A stretch of 64,000 nt of DNA, from assembly GCA_947626105.1 (NCBI GenBank), contig CANQQY010000002.1, positions 101,083 to 165,082 on the forward strand, in the 5' to 3' direction. The DNA comes from an uncultured Clostridia bacterium (GTDB lineage Bacteria; Bacillota; Clostridia; Christensenellales; Borkfalkiaceae). Below, piece by piece: positions 41,671 through 50,834 of this stretch; within the stretch, counting starts at the first letter, position 1, and every line of letters starts with the position of its first letter. Made by a program: the position numbers and the translations under genes. The notes under the pieces were generated by a model, which saw nothing but the letters and a program-made list of their open reading frames with translations, made no database searches and had not been told where the DNA came from.

Positions 41671-43101
41671 TCAGCCCTCGGGATAGGGCAAAGCGTTCTC
41701 GGGCGGGACGACCTTCGTCTTGCCGTAGTCATAATAACAATGATAGACGTCTTTCGAAATGTTATCACTCCTCCAATGGACATACGCGACGCGTCCCTCT
41801 GTAAATTTGAGCTCTACATATTTCAAGTTCGTTCCCATCCCGTCGCCGGCTGTAAATCTGAACTTTAAGCCGTCCGATCCCTCGGGCGCTTCATAAAGAT
41901 ATGCGCCGAGCTCCTCGTTATAGGTAAACTCTTTGTAATAATCGGAAAAATCCGTCGCAATCAGAGTAGCATAGAAGAAGGAATACTCCCCGTCCAACAT
42001 CATATATTCCTCCCACTCCGCCAATTTTTCCGGCGTAAACCCGTATTGCATATAATAGATCTGCTTGTCAAAGGTTTGATACTGCGTGCAGACGCCGTTC
42101 TCAATCATCTGGCCTCCAACAGAATCGTACTCCCCGTCCGGCGTCGGAATGGTGACCACAGACAACATTTTGAAACGCCCTTCCAAAGTCATACGTGTCT
42201 CCTCCCAGTCGAGATACATTTTTGCGCGTTGGTCGTCCGCGCCTCCGATGTCGCCGCGCGTCTCTCTCAAAGTCACGTTCTTGAAATTCTCTTCGGAATA
42301 GATCGCTCTCCACTCCTCTTCCGTCACCCGATCGGAAACGAGCGCCTCAAAATCGGTATCCTCCGTGAGCGTGATGTGCTGATGCTCTCCGCCGTCAAAC
42401 GTCACGCTCGCCTTGCCGAAATCATAGACGATGCAATCCACGGCAGACGTCCCGAGTTCGGGACGTCCTTCCTCATTCAACACGTCTGCCCAAATACCGC
42501 AGAGTACGCCGTCCTTAATGATAACGCCCGTCGTCCCTTCGGAAAGAAACACCGCTTCCGTCGTCGTATAGCACTTCTTGGCCGCGTCATATACGAAAGA
42601 GGAATACTTCTCTTTCAGCGCGAGAATATAAGCGCGGTACGAATAGGGGATCTCTCCGCTTTCGGGGGTATAGTCGTCCCCGTCAAAGACCAACTCGCCC
42701 TCGATCTCATTCCATGCCGAAACCTCCCCATCCGTCTCCGACATCAACATGTGTTGCCCGAGCATTTTTTCGCCGTCCTCCAAAATACGATACATCGAGA
42801 AATCCGCTTTTTTCCCGTCGAACGCGCCCTCAACGTACGCGTCCTCGTAGGGAGTATCGTATGTATATGTTAAGAGGAAATTGTCGAACTTTTCCGCCGC
42901 AAATACCGCCTTCCATTCCTCCCCCGTCACCTCGTCGGACGTGAGCGAACGAAGATCGGTCTCCTTCGTCATCGTAAATCCCGCGCTGTCCGCAGGATCG
43001 TGCCCGCCGTTCTCTTCACCTTGATTGTCGCCGCACGCCCCGCACAGCCCGAGCGCAAACATCGCGGCAAGCGAGACTGCCAAAATTCCAAACTTTTTCA
43101 T
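41671..43101 (-). CDS. Lipoprotein of unknown function with an internal duplication
   Basis: Signal peptide and lipobox LGLCGAC. Two similar halves (TKETDLRSLTSDEVTGEEWKAVF... and TEDTDFEALVSDRVTEEEWRAIY...). Confidence 0.6.
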   Translation of the reverse strand: MKKFGILAVSLAAMFALGLCGACGDNQGEENGGHDPADSAGFTMTKETDLRSLTSDEVTGEEWKAVFAAEKFDNFLLTYTYDTPYEDAYVEGAFDGKKADFSMYRILEDGEKMLGQHMLMSETDGEVSAWNEIEGELVFDGDDYTPESGEIPYSYRAYILALKEKYSSFVYDAAKKCYTTTEAVFLSEGTTGVIIKDGVLCGIWADVLNEEGRPELGTSAVDCIVYDFGKASVTFDGGEHQHITLTEDTDFEALVSDRVTEEEWRAIYSEENFKNVTLRETRGDIGGADDQRAKMYLDWEETRMTLEGRFKMLSVVTIPTPDGEYDSVGGQMIENGVCTQYQTFDKQIYYMQYGFTPEKLAEWEEYMMLDGEYSFFYATLIATDFSDYYKEFTYNEELGAYLYEAPEGSDGLKFRFTAGDGMGTNLKYVELKFTEGRVAYVHWRSDNISKDVYHCYYDYGKTKVVPPENALPYPEG

Positions 43102-43144
43102 CTCTTGTCTCCTTATAAAATTTTTTAGAACTGTTTATAATTAT

Positions 43145-43163
43145 AGTCCTAATTTTTAGGACT
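43145..43163. promoter_or_regulatory. Perfect 8-3-8 palindrome, candidate XRE operator
   Basis: AGTCCTAA-TTT-TTAGGACT between the divergent lipoprotein and XRE genes. A further half-site GTCCTAAA at 43176-43183 and TTAGAACTG at 43126-43134. Confidence 0.45.
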
Positions 43164-43204
43164 GTCAAGCAATCCGTCCTAAATTTTGATACTTAATTTT
43201 TGCA

Positions 43205-43444
43205 ATGAAAAATAAATTTGCCATGCGGCTTAGCGAACTTATTGCCGAAAGCGGAAAAACGCAGAACGCTATCTGCTCGGATCTGCATATCGCGAAACAA
43301 AAACTTTCTAATTGGAAAACGGGTTACACGGAACCCTGTATGGATGATCTCATGATGCTTGCCCTCTATTTCGAAGTGACGAGCGACTACCTCTTGGGGT
43401 TGGAGGACGAGACGGGCGCAAAGCACGATTTTGAGGAAAAATAG
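43205..43444 (+). CDS. XRE-family helix-turn-helix regulator (79 aa)
   Basis: RLSELIAESGKTQNAICSDLHIAKQKLSNWKTG HTH_3 core. No Shine-Dalgarno site upstream. Confidence 0.7.
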   Translation: MKNKFAMRLSELIAESGKTQNAICSDLHIAKQKLSNWKTGYTEPCMDDLMMLALYFEVTSDYLLGLEDETGAKHDFEEK

Positions 43445-43445
43445 C

Positions 43446-43498
43446 AAAAAACAAGCCGCGGGGCGTGCAGATGTTGCACGCCCCGCGGCTTGTTTTTT
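43446..43498. terminator. Long bidirectional terminator
   Basis: AAAAAACAAGCCGCGGGGCGTGCA-GATG-TTGCACGCCCCGCGGCTTGTTTTTT. Confidence 0.8.
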
Positions 43499-43499
43499 G

Positions 43500-44912
43500 T
43501 TACCCGCCGAACAGTTCGTTCTTTTCTTCGATGAGTTTTTCCACCTTTTGAAGGTAGGTCGGGATGTCCTTGGGGGACCCGCAACGCTCGATACGCTCCT
43601 CCTTCAAAAAGAGCTTTTTGGTGATCGCGTTCGCGCCGACGGCGAGATTGTCGCAAATTTCCTCCATCACGTCCACGTTGTAGACGCACGCCTTGCCCGG
43701 TTTCGTCCAGCCGACGTTCTCATGCGCGCCCGCCATGTATTTTTGGCGGTACAGATAGTAGGGTTCATATCCCGCCGCCGTGAGTTTTTCACGGGAATAG
43801 GCGATCATGTCGGACAAGAGCCCGTCGGGAAGAACGTCGAGCGCGGGCTTCCCGCTTCCCTCTGCCGCTTGCCCGAGCCGCTCCTCTTTGAGCTTCGCCC
43901 CCTTTTTGAGGCAGAGCGTATGGACGGTGATATTTTCGGGGGAGAGGGAAATGGCGGTATCGACGCTGTTTTTGAATTCTTCGAAACTCTCTCCCGTGAG
44001 TCCCGCGATGAGGTCGCAGTTCACGTCGAATCCGTAGGGCGACGCCGTTTCAAAGGCGGAGAGGACGTCCTGCGCCGTGTGCTTCCTGCCGATCGCGGCG
44101 AGCGTCCTGTCCGAAAAGCTCTGCGCGTTGATACAGATACGGGTCACGCCGTATTTCTTACATATGTCGAGTTTTTCCGCCGTAAAAGTATCGGGCCGCC
44201 CCGCTTCCACCGTAAATTCACAGCCGTTTTCGCGCAGAGGAGAGATCGCCTTCAAGACCCTTTCCAGCTCCTCCGCCTCGATTGCGAACGGCGTCCCCCC
44301 GCCCACATAGACCGAGCGAAGATTTTTGATGAGCGGCTTTGCGGCGGAGAGCTCCCTTTCGAGCGCGTCGAGATAGGCGGGCATGTATTGCCGCGTGCGC
44401 GCGATCGGCGCGGTGATGAAAGAGCAATACACGCATTTTGTCGGGCAGAACGGGAGTGAGACGAAGAGATCGACGTTGCCCTCTTCCCGAACGTAGATCC
44501 CCTTCTGTCCTTCGATCACTCTGCCGACGAGCGCAGTATTTTCCTCGGAGACGAGGAGTTTTTGAAAGAGCGGCACAAACTCCCCCGTCTTTTCCATCTG
44601 CTGATAGGCAAGCCGCGTGGGACGGATGCCTGTAAGCGACCCCCACGGCAGACTCTTGCCGTAGTATCCCGAGAGAAGTTTGTAGAGGGAGAGCTTCGCA
44701 TAACGTTTGATGAGGCTCTTCTGTTCCAAAGGCGTACGGGAGACGTCCTCGTCGGAATAGAAAAAGTCCCGTCCGCCGAAGCGGAAGGTATTCCGGAACG
44801 CCGCGCCGCAGCAGTCGGAGCTATGCCCGATCTCGAGCGATTCCGCGCCCTCGAACAGGCGCACGACGTCCATGAGTTCGGGCTCTAACCATTTTAGCGT
44901 TGATACGATCAT
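43500..44912 (-). CDS. hemZ: HemZ-type radical SAM coproporphyrinogen dehydrogenase-like protein
   Basis: CPTKCVYCSF radical SAM cluster motif and a HemN-like core after an N-terminal extension (LMDVVRLFEG). The start is ambiguous (44912 or 44957). Confidence 0.6.
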   Translation of the reverse strand: MIVSTLKWLEPELMDVVRLFEGAESLEIGHSSDCCGAAFRNTFRFGGRDFFYSDEDVSRTPLEQKSLIKRYAKLSLYKLLSGYYGKSLPWGSLTGIRPTRLAYQQMEKTGEFVPLFQKLLVSEENTALVGRVIEGQKGIYVREEGNVDLFVSLPFCPTKCVYCSFITAPIARTRQYMPAYLDALERELSAAKPLIKNLRSVYVGGGTPFAIEAEELERVLKAISPLRENGCEFTVEAGRPDTFTAEKLDICKKYGVTRICINAQSFSDRTLAAIGRKHTAQDVLSAFETASPYGFDVNCDLIAGLTGESFEEFKNSVDTAISLSPENITVHTLCLKKGAKLKEERLGQAAEGSGKPALDVLPDGLLSDMIAYSREKLTAAGYEPYYLYRQKYMAGAHENVGWTKPGKACVYNVDVMEEICDNLAVGANAITKKLFLKEERIERCGSPKDIPTYLQKVEKLIEEKNELFGG

Positions 44913-45033
44913 ATTTGATACCGTTTTCGGCGTCTCCGCCGCTTTTCCCCCACCCATGTCCGCGAACCTATGCGGATTTTAGAAGTGAAGCAACCCCAAG
45001 GATCCGACCGCCCTCTCGCTACCCATTTTATGA

Positions 45034-45366
45034 GAAGTACCCGACCACCCCCTTGCTTCCCCTCTTAGGGGAAGTACCCGCGCAGCGGGGGATAGGGTTT
45101 CCGGAAACCCCTCTGTCACTCACTACGTTCGTGACATCTCCCCTAAAAGGGGCGACAAGGCGAGCCCTTCGTTCTAAATTACGGCGCGTGGTAGGGTCTC
45201 CCTGCCTAAGCGCACTCAATTTGCCGAACCCCTTCGGCTTAATGTCCTGTGAAACAGAACGTCGGCGGCCGAATCGTTTTTACAAGGCAGAAGTCTTAAC
45301 CCCTCGCTCGTATTTCTTTTGCGCTTGCGCCGACAAGGCGCAAGCGCAAAAGAAATCGAGCGAAAC
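45034..45366. repeat. Intergenic mosaic repeat cluster R9
   Basis: Family A module (CTTCCCCTCTTAGGGGAAGTACCCGCGCAGCGGGGGATAGGGTTTCCGGAAACCCCTCTGTCACTCACTACGTTCGTGACATCTCCCCTAAAAGGGGCGAC) followed by D5. Confidence 0.85.
45171..45365 (+). repeat. Family D multi-hairpin element, copy D5
   Basis: GTTCTAAATTAC, then GGCGCGTGGTAGGGTCTCCCTGCCTAAGCGCA, CAATTTGCCGAACCCCTTCGGC, CCTGTGAAACAG, GGCCGAATCG, and CTCGCTCGTATTTCTTTTGCGCTTGCGCC..GGCGCAAGCGCAAAAGAAATCGAGCGAAA. It abuts the relA stop. Confidence 0.85.
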
Positions 45367-45368
45367 CG

Positions 45369-47495
45369 TCAGTTGCTCATTCTTCTTACGCTGATGATCT
45401 TATCTCTCGATGAAAGGCGGGAGATGATGACCTCGATGTCCTGCTTGCTCAAAAGCGACACCGTGACCTCGACGAGCGCGTCGCCGTTCTTGTCGTACCG
45501 TCCGTTGATCGACGTCAACGAAAGTTTCATGTCCGAAAGTACGGAAGAGATCGCCGCAAGCGCCGCGCCCTGCTCTTCCGCCGTAACGAGGAGTCCCGCT
45601 TTGAAGCGCGCCTCCCCCTCCTGTTTCGTCCACTCGGCGGGTTGGAGTCTGTCCTCTTCCGCATTTTTGAGGTTGGGGCAGTCCCTTCTGTGGATCACGA
45701 TGCCCCTGCCGCGGCTGACGAACCCGACGATGTCGTCGCCGGGAACGGGCGAACAGCACCCCGCGAAGGAGACGAGGAGCCCCCCCATGCCCTTGATCGT
45801 GACGGCGCCCTTGGCATTCTTCTCACGGAAGGGTTGCAAAACGGGCGTGGGCACTTCCTTGCGGAAGTAGTCGACGAGCCTGAAAAAGACCTGGTTGACG
45901 GAGACCGCGCCGTATCCGACGGCGGAAAACATCTCGTCCTGCGTATCGAAGGAGAATTTTTCGGAGACTTTCTTGAAGCTCTCGGGGGTGAGGAGTTCGG
46001 AGAGCTGGTATCCCTTGCGCTTTGCCGCGTCCTCGAGCATGCTCTTGCCGAGCTTGATATTGTCCTCCCGCATCGCCTTCTTGAAGAACGCCTTGATCTT
46101 CGCCTTGGCAGAGGGAGATTTTACGAATTTGAGCCAGTCGCGCGAGGGTCCCTTGCTCGTGGGCGAGGTGATGATCTCGACGACGTCGCCGAGTTCCAGC
46201 ACGGAGTCGAGCGGGACGATCTTCCCGTTGACCTTCGCGCCCGTACAGCGGTTGCCGACTTCGGAGTGGATGGCGTATGCAAAGTCCACGGGCGTGGCGT
46301 TTTCGGGAAGGGAGATGACCTTGCTCTGCGGGGTGAACACGAGGAGTTCGCTCGAATAGAGCTCCTCTTTGACGCTGTTCATGAACTCCTTGGAGTCGCG
46401 GAATCCCCCCTGCAATTCCATCATTTCACGGATCCACGACATCCTTTGATCCAAAGTCGTCTCCGTGTCGCGCTGTTCCTTATATTTCCAGTGCGCGGCG
46501 ATACCGTACTCCGCCGTGCGGTGCATCTCCTCCGTCCTGATCTGGATCTCGAAGGGCTGCCCGAAGTTTGTGACGACGGTGGTATGCAGCGATTGGTACA
46601 TGTTGGGCTTGGGGGTCGCGATATAGTCTTTGATGCGCCCCGGCACGGGCTTCCACTTCTTGTGGATCTTGCCGAGCACTTCGTAGCACTCGTCCACCGT
46701 CGCGACGATGACGCGCACCGCGGTGAGATCGTAGATCTGGTCGAGCGTCTTGTGCTTCGTCGTCATCTTCTTATAGATGGAGTAAAAGTGCTTGGGACGC
46801 CCGAACACCTCGCCCGGGATATTCGATTCGGACAGGATCCCGTTGATCTCCTCGACGACGAAATCGACGAACCGGTTGCGCTCTTCGAGTTTTTGATGAA
46901 TGTTCTCCACGAGGAATTCGAACGCCTCGGGGTCGAGATATTTGAGGCAAAGATCTTCGAGCTCGCATTTGATCTGGCTGATACCGAGCCTGCCCGCGAT
47001 GGGCGCATAGATATCGAGGGTCTCCTTCGCCATCTTGTGCTGCCGTTCCTCGGAGAGGAAGTTGAGGGAGCGCATGTTGTGGAGACGGTCGGCAAGTTTG
47101 ATGATGATGACGCGGATATCCTTCGCCATCGCGATGAAGATCTTGCGGAAATTCTCCGCCTCCTCCTCTTCCTGCGACTTGAAAACGATCTTATCGAGTT
47201 TTGTCACGCCCGAAACGAGGGTCAAGACCTCTTCGCCGAACTCACGCCTGATATCCTCCTCGGTGGCGGGGGTATCCTCGATGACGTCGTGAAGAAGGGC
47301 GGCGGCGACGGTCGCCCCGTCCAGCCCGAGATCCACCAAGATCTCCGCAACGGCGCAGGGATGGATAAAGTAGGGCTCCCCCGACGCACGCTTTTGGTTC
47401 TTGTGGGCGCGGGAAGCAAAGTCGAATGCGCGGAGCAGCATATCCCTGTCCTCGCCGACATAGTACTCATAGATCTTCATCAGAATGGGTTCCAT
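45369..47495 (-). CDS. relA: Bifunctional (p)ppGpp synthetase/hydrolase (RSH)
   Basis: HD domain (HPCAVAEIL..HDVIEDT), synthetase domain, TGS and ACT. Start ATG 47495 lies 1 nt after the recJ stop, with GGGAGGA upstream. Confidence 0.9.
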   Translation of the reverse strand: MEPILMKIYEYYVGEDRDMLLRAFDFASRAHKNQKRASGEPYFIHPCAVAEILVDLGLDGATVAAALLHDVIEDTPATEEDIRREFGEEVLTLVSGVTKLDKIVFKSQEEEEAENFRKIFIAMAKDIRVIIIKLADRLHNMRSLNFLSEERQHKMAKETLDIYAPIAGRLGISQIKCELEDLCLKYLDPEAFEFLVENIHQKLEERNRFVDFVVEEINGILSESNIPGEVFGRPKHFYSIYKKMTTKHKTLDQIYDLTAVRVIVATVDECYEVLGKIHKKWKPVPGRIKDYIATPKPNMYQSLHTTVVTNFGQPFEIQIRTEEMHRTAEYGIAAHWKYKEQRDTETTLDQRMSWIREMMELQGGFRDSKEFMNSVKEELYSSELLVFTPQSKVISLPENATPVDFAYAIHSEVGNRCTGAKVNGKIVPLDSVLELGDVVEIITSPTSKGPSRDWLKFVKSPSAKAKIKAFFKKAMREDNIKLGKSMLEDAAKRKGYQLSELLTPESFKKVSEKFSFDTQDEMFSAVGYGAVSVNQVFFRLVDYFRKEVPTPVLQPFREKNAKGAVTIKGMGGLLVSFAGCCSPVPGDDIVGFVSRGRGIVIHRRDCPNLKNAEEDRLQPAEWTKQEGEARFKAGLLVTAEEQGAALAAISSVLSDMKLSLTSINGRYDKNGDALVEVTVSLLSKQDIEVIISRLSSRDKIISVRRMSN

Positions 47496-47496
47496 A

Positions 47497-49794
47497 TCAA
47501 TCCTCCCTGAGGCGGAGCGCCGCCGCATAGATCGCAGAATCCATGAGCTCCTTCCTCGGCCCGCGCACCACCTTCACGGCGCCGTCCTCGAGACGGACGA
47601 GCCCGAGCTGCGAAAAGACCGCCAGCGCGAAGAGGAGCTGATCCTCCCCGAAGCCGAGCCCGCCGCAACTGCATGCCGCCTCCGCAAGGGTCCCGCCGCG
47701 AAGAGAACTGCTTTTGACTGCGGCGAAGATCTCGAGAAGTTTCTCCCGCCCGACCTCGGAGGAACGCACGCGCTCGTAGCCGCAGATCTCGCGGTTGATT
47801 TTGAGTTTTGCATGCCCCGTGACGCACGGAGCCCCCGCGGGACGGTCCAAAAATACGACGTCGCGGTAGGCGGAAAGATCGCACCCGTCCTCGGGCGCAA
47901 AGAGCACCGTATTCGTGATATTGGCGGAAGAGAGGCGGAAGATCTCCACGGGAAGCCCGCTTAGCGACGGGAATTTTTTGAGCGTCTCTCTCGAAAAACA
48001 GACGGCGGCGAGCCCGTAGGCACAGCTGCGCAGCTGCTGACCGATGAACGCGTCGAGTCCCGCCGTATCGAGCGCCTCCGCTTCGGGCTCTATGCCGAGC
48101 GTGAAGAGCTGCCCCTCAAAGGCGTCGAGCTCCACTTCCCTGCCGCTCAACCCCTCCGCGAGAACGGCGCGCACAAAACCCTTTAAGTACTCCCTGCCGC
48201 GGAACAGGGAAAGATTATATTCGTAGACGACCGTCTTGATAACGTCGCTTCTCAAAAGTTTTAGGTCTTTGAGACCGCCGAAATACATAAAGTTGAGACC
48301 GCCGAGCGCAAAGGAGAGGTGCGGCGAGCCCGCTTTCACGGGAGCCGCGTCCACCTTCCCCGCCCTCATGCAGAAGAGCGGCCTGCGGTTGCCCATGCCG
48401 AAGGGTTCGAGGCGGACGAGCTCATGCGCGACCCGTTCCGCATTCTCCGCCGCCTCGCAGACGGGCAAAACGGAGTCAAAGTCCTCCCGCGTGTAGTGCG
48501 TACCGATATATTCGTCGAGCGCGTCTTTGAGCGCGCCGAAATTTTCCGCTTTGATGTTGATCCCCGCCGCCTGCGCATGCCCGCCGAACTCTTCGATGTA
48601 CTGCGAGCACGCTTTGAGCGCCTCGAAGATGTTGACGGCTTCGATGCTCCGCGCGCTCCCTTTCAGCATATCGCCGTGGCGCACGAACAGAAGCGCGGGG
48701 CGGGAAAATTCCTCGGCGATGCGGGCGGCGACGATCCCGACAAATCCCGCATTCCAATTTTCCCCCGCGAGCATGACGACGTTGCCGTACGCTCCCCCGG
48801 CGCGGATCTCGGCGGAAGCCTGCGCATACAGCTCGTCGCAGCACCGCTGCCGTTCTGAATTATAGAGATTGAGCTTTTCGGCAAGGGGCGCGACCTCTTC
48901 GGGGATCTCCGTCGTAAAGAGGCGGAGCGCCGCATGCGCGTCCCCCATTCTCCCCGCCGCATTGACGCGGGGCGCAACGGTGAAGGCGAGCGTCTGCGCC
49001 GAGATCTCGCTTGTCTTTCCGAGAAGCGCCGAAAACGCGGGACGGGGGCTCTTTTCGATGAGTTTCAAGCCCTCGGCAACGATGTCGCGGTTTTCGCCGA
49101 GAAGCGGCACGCTGTCCGCCACGGTGGAGAGCGCCGCGAAATCGAGGTAGGCGTACGCCCTCTCCCCGATCAGGGCGCAGGCGAGCTTAAAGGCGACGCC
49201 GGCGCCGCAGAGGTTGTCGTAAGGGTAATCGTCTTTGAGTTTGGGATTGACGACGATGCAATCGGGAAGCCGCGGCGGGAGCTCGTGATGGTCGGTAACG
49301 ATGACGTACGCCCCCTGCTCCTTGATGTATTCCACTTCCTCCGCGTTGGAGATGCCGCAGTCCACCGTCACGATGAGATCGGGCAGGAAATCGTCGAAAA
49401 TGGAGTCGATGGCGGCGACGCTGAGCCCGTACCCCTGCGTCCGCTCGGGGACAAAGACGTAAGGTTCGATCCCGAACACCCTGAGCGCGCGGGAAAGGAT
49501 CGCGCATGCGCCGATCCCGTCCGCATCGTAATCGCCGAAGATCGCGACGCGCCATTCCTCGTCGCGGGCGCGCTTCAAGAGTTCCGCCGCCTCCCGCATG
49601 CCCTGCATCAGGAAGGGAGACAGGAAGTGCGCCTTCCCGGGCTCCAAAAAAGAGATCATCTTCTCCTCGGTATCCATGCCGCGCGCAAAGAGCAGGCTTG
49701 CCGTCGTCTCCGTGAGCGACAGCCGCCTTGCAAGCATTCTCACCGTATTCAGTTGTTCGGGCGAAAATTCGTATTCGCGGACAAGTTTTTTCAT
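47497..49794 (-). CDS. recJ: Single-stranded-DNA-specific exonuclease RecJ
   Basis: DHH motifs (IFGDYDADGIGA; VTDHH) and DHHA1. The N-terminus aligns with B. subtilis RecJ from residue 1. Confidence 0.9.
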   Translation of the reverse strand: MKKLVREYEFSPEQLNTVRMLARRLSLTETTASLLFARGMDTEEKMISFLEPGKAHFLSPFLMQGMREAAELLKRARDEEWRVAIFGDYDADGIGACAILSRALRVFGIEPYVFVPERTQGYGLSVAAIDSIFDDFLPDLIVTVDCGISNAEEVEYIKEQGAYVIVTDHHELPPRLPDCIVVNPKLKDDYPYDNLCGAGVAFKLACALIGERAYAYLDFAALSTVADSVPLLGENRDIVAEGLKLIEKSPRPAFSALLGKTSEISAQTLAFTVAPRVNAAGRMGDAHAALRLFTTEIPEEVAPLAEKLNLYNSERQRCCDELYAQASAEIRAGGAYGNVVMLAGENWNAGFVGIVAARIAEEFSRPALLFVRHGDMLKGSARSIEAVNIFEALKACSQYIEEFGGHAQAAGINIKAENFGALKDALDEYIGTHYTREDFDSVLPVCEAAENAERVAHELVRLEPFGMGNRRPLFCMRAGKVDAAPVKAGSPHLSFALGGLNFMYFGGLKDLKLLRSDVIKTVVYEYNLSLFRGREYLKGFVRAVLAEGLSGREVELDAFEGQLFTLGIEPEAEALDTAGLDAFIGQQLRSCAYGLAAVCFSRETLKKFPSLSGLPVEIFRLSSANITNTVLFAPEDGCDLSAYRDVVFLDRPAGAPCVTGHAKLKINREICGYERVRSSEVGREKLLEIFAAVKSSSLRGGTLAEAACSCGGLGFGEDQLLFALAVFSQLGLVRLEDGAVKVVRGPRKELMDSAIYAAALRLRED

Positions 49795-49803
49795 AAAATT
49801 ACC

Positions 49804-49831
49804 AAAAACGGCGGGAAATCTCCCGCCGTTT
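49804..49831 (-). terminator. Terminator-like hairpin between secF and recJ
   Basis: Minus strand reads AAACGGCGGGA-GATT-TCCCGCCGTTTTT, then GGTAATTTT and the recJ ATG. No Shine-Dalgarno site and no promoter is visible in between. Confidence 0.55.
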
Positions 49832-49844
49832 AACGCTTAGATGA

Positions 49845-50834
49845 TCACTCTTCTTCCGTCTGTTTTTGCTTGCCGACATATTTTGCCTTTCCCTTCCGCG
49901 AGAACTTATCGAAGCAACGCTTGACGGGAATATGAAGGGCGGGGCCGAGCAGGAGAGAAGAGTAGAGCGCGACCGCCACGCAGAGAAGCATGGGCAGGAA
50001 GAACGCTCTCACGCCCGCCGTGGCAATGACGCCGCAGAGCAGGAGCGCGACCGCGACAATTCCCGCAAAGAGAAGGATCTTCTTCCAGGAACTGCGGAAA
50101 CTCTCTTCGACTGCCTCCTCCGCGCCGACGGAGCCTTGCGACTCCTTCTTGATATCGCGGAGCTTCATGCAATGGATGAGCCAGAACACGACGAAGAGCG
50201 CTGCCGCGATCCCCGCATACAGGACGGGAGCCGCTGCATACACGGGAATACGCGTGATGGCGAAAATGGAGAGCGTAAAAAGCGCGTCATGCACGGAAAG
50301 GGCAAGCCCCGTGAGCGCACTGCCGACGCCGAAGCGGAAGCCGACATATACGAGCGCCACGACGAGCCCGACCGCGATCGCACCGCGCCAGACGGCGCCC
50401 GCGCCGCTCTGCAAAGCCTCATGATGCCATACGGTATAGACTTCGGTGAGAGGTTCTTTGAAGAGTTCCTTCACGCCCGCGTCAATGTCTTCCTTCACTT
50501 TTGCCTGCGTTTCGGCGGAGACGTCGGGGGAGAACTTGAACACAAAGGCGTCCCAGTCCTGTCCGTCGCCCAAGCCCTGCGTCTTTTGCATTTCGCAGGC
50601 GGAGATATTGTTCTTTCCGAACACGTCCTCGCAGAGAGTTTCAAGCTGCTCCTGCGGTTCTTCGGACTTGATGATGGTGATATTATACCGAACTTCGAGT
50701 TGCAGGGTTTCGGGATCGTCGGAGGCGGTATTGAAGCCGAGAAGCGCCATCAGGATCACACCGGCAATGATGACGACCGCCGAGACTGCAAGCCAGATTT
50801 GCAGAAGTTTCCAAGGTCTGAAATTCTTATTCAT
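49845..50834 (-). CDS. secF: Protein translocase subunit SecF
   Basis: The real start MNKNFRPWKLL overlaps the secD 3' end by 8 nt. Six TM spans with the SecD/F C-terminal pattern. Confidence 0.8.
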   Translation of the reverse strand: MNKNFRPWKLLQIWLAVSAVVIIAGVILMALLGFNTASDDPETLQLEVRYNITIIKSEEPQEQLETLCEDVFGKNNISACEMQKTQGLGDGQDWDAFVFKFSPDVSAETQAKVKEDIDAGVKELFKEPLTEVYTVWHHEALQSGAGAVWRGAIAVGLVVALVYVGFRFGVGSALTGLALSVHDALFTLSIFAITRIPVYAAAPVLYAGIAAALFVVFWLIHCMKLRDIKKESQGSVGAEEAVEESFRSSWKKILLFAGIVAVALLLCGVIATAGVRAFFLPMLLCVAVALYSSLLLGPALHIPVKRCFDKFSRKGKAKYVGKQKQTEEE

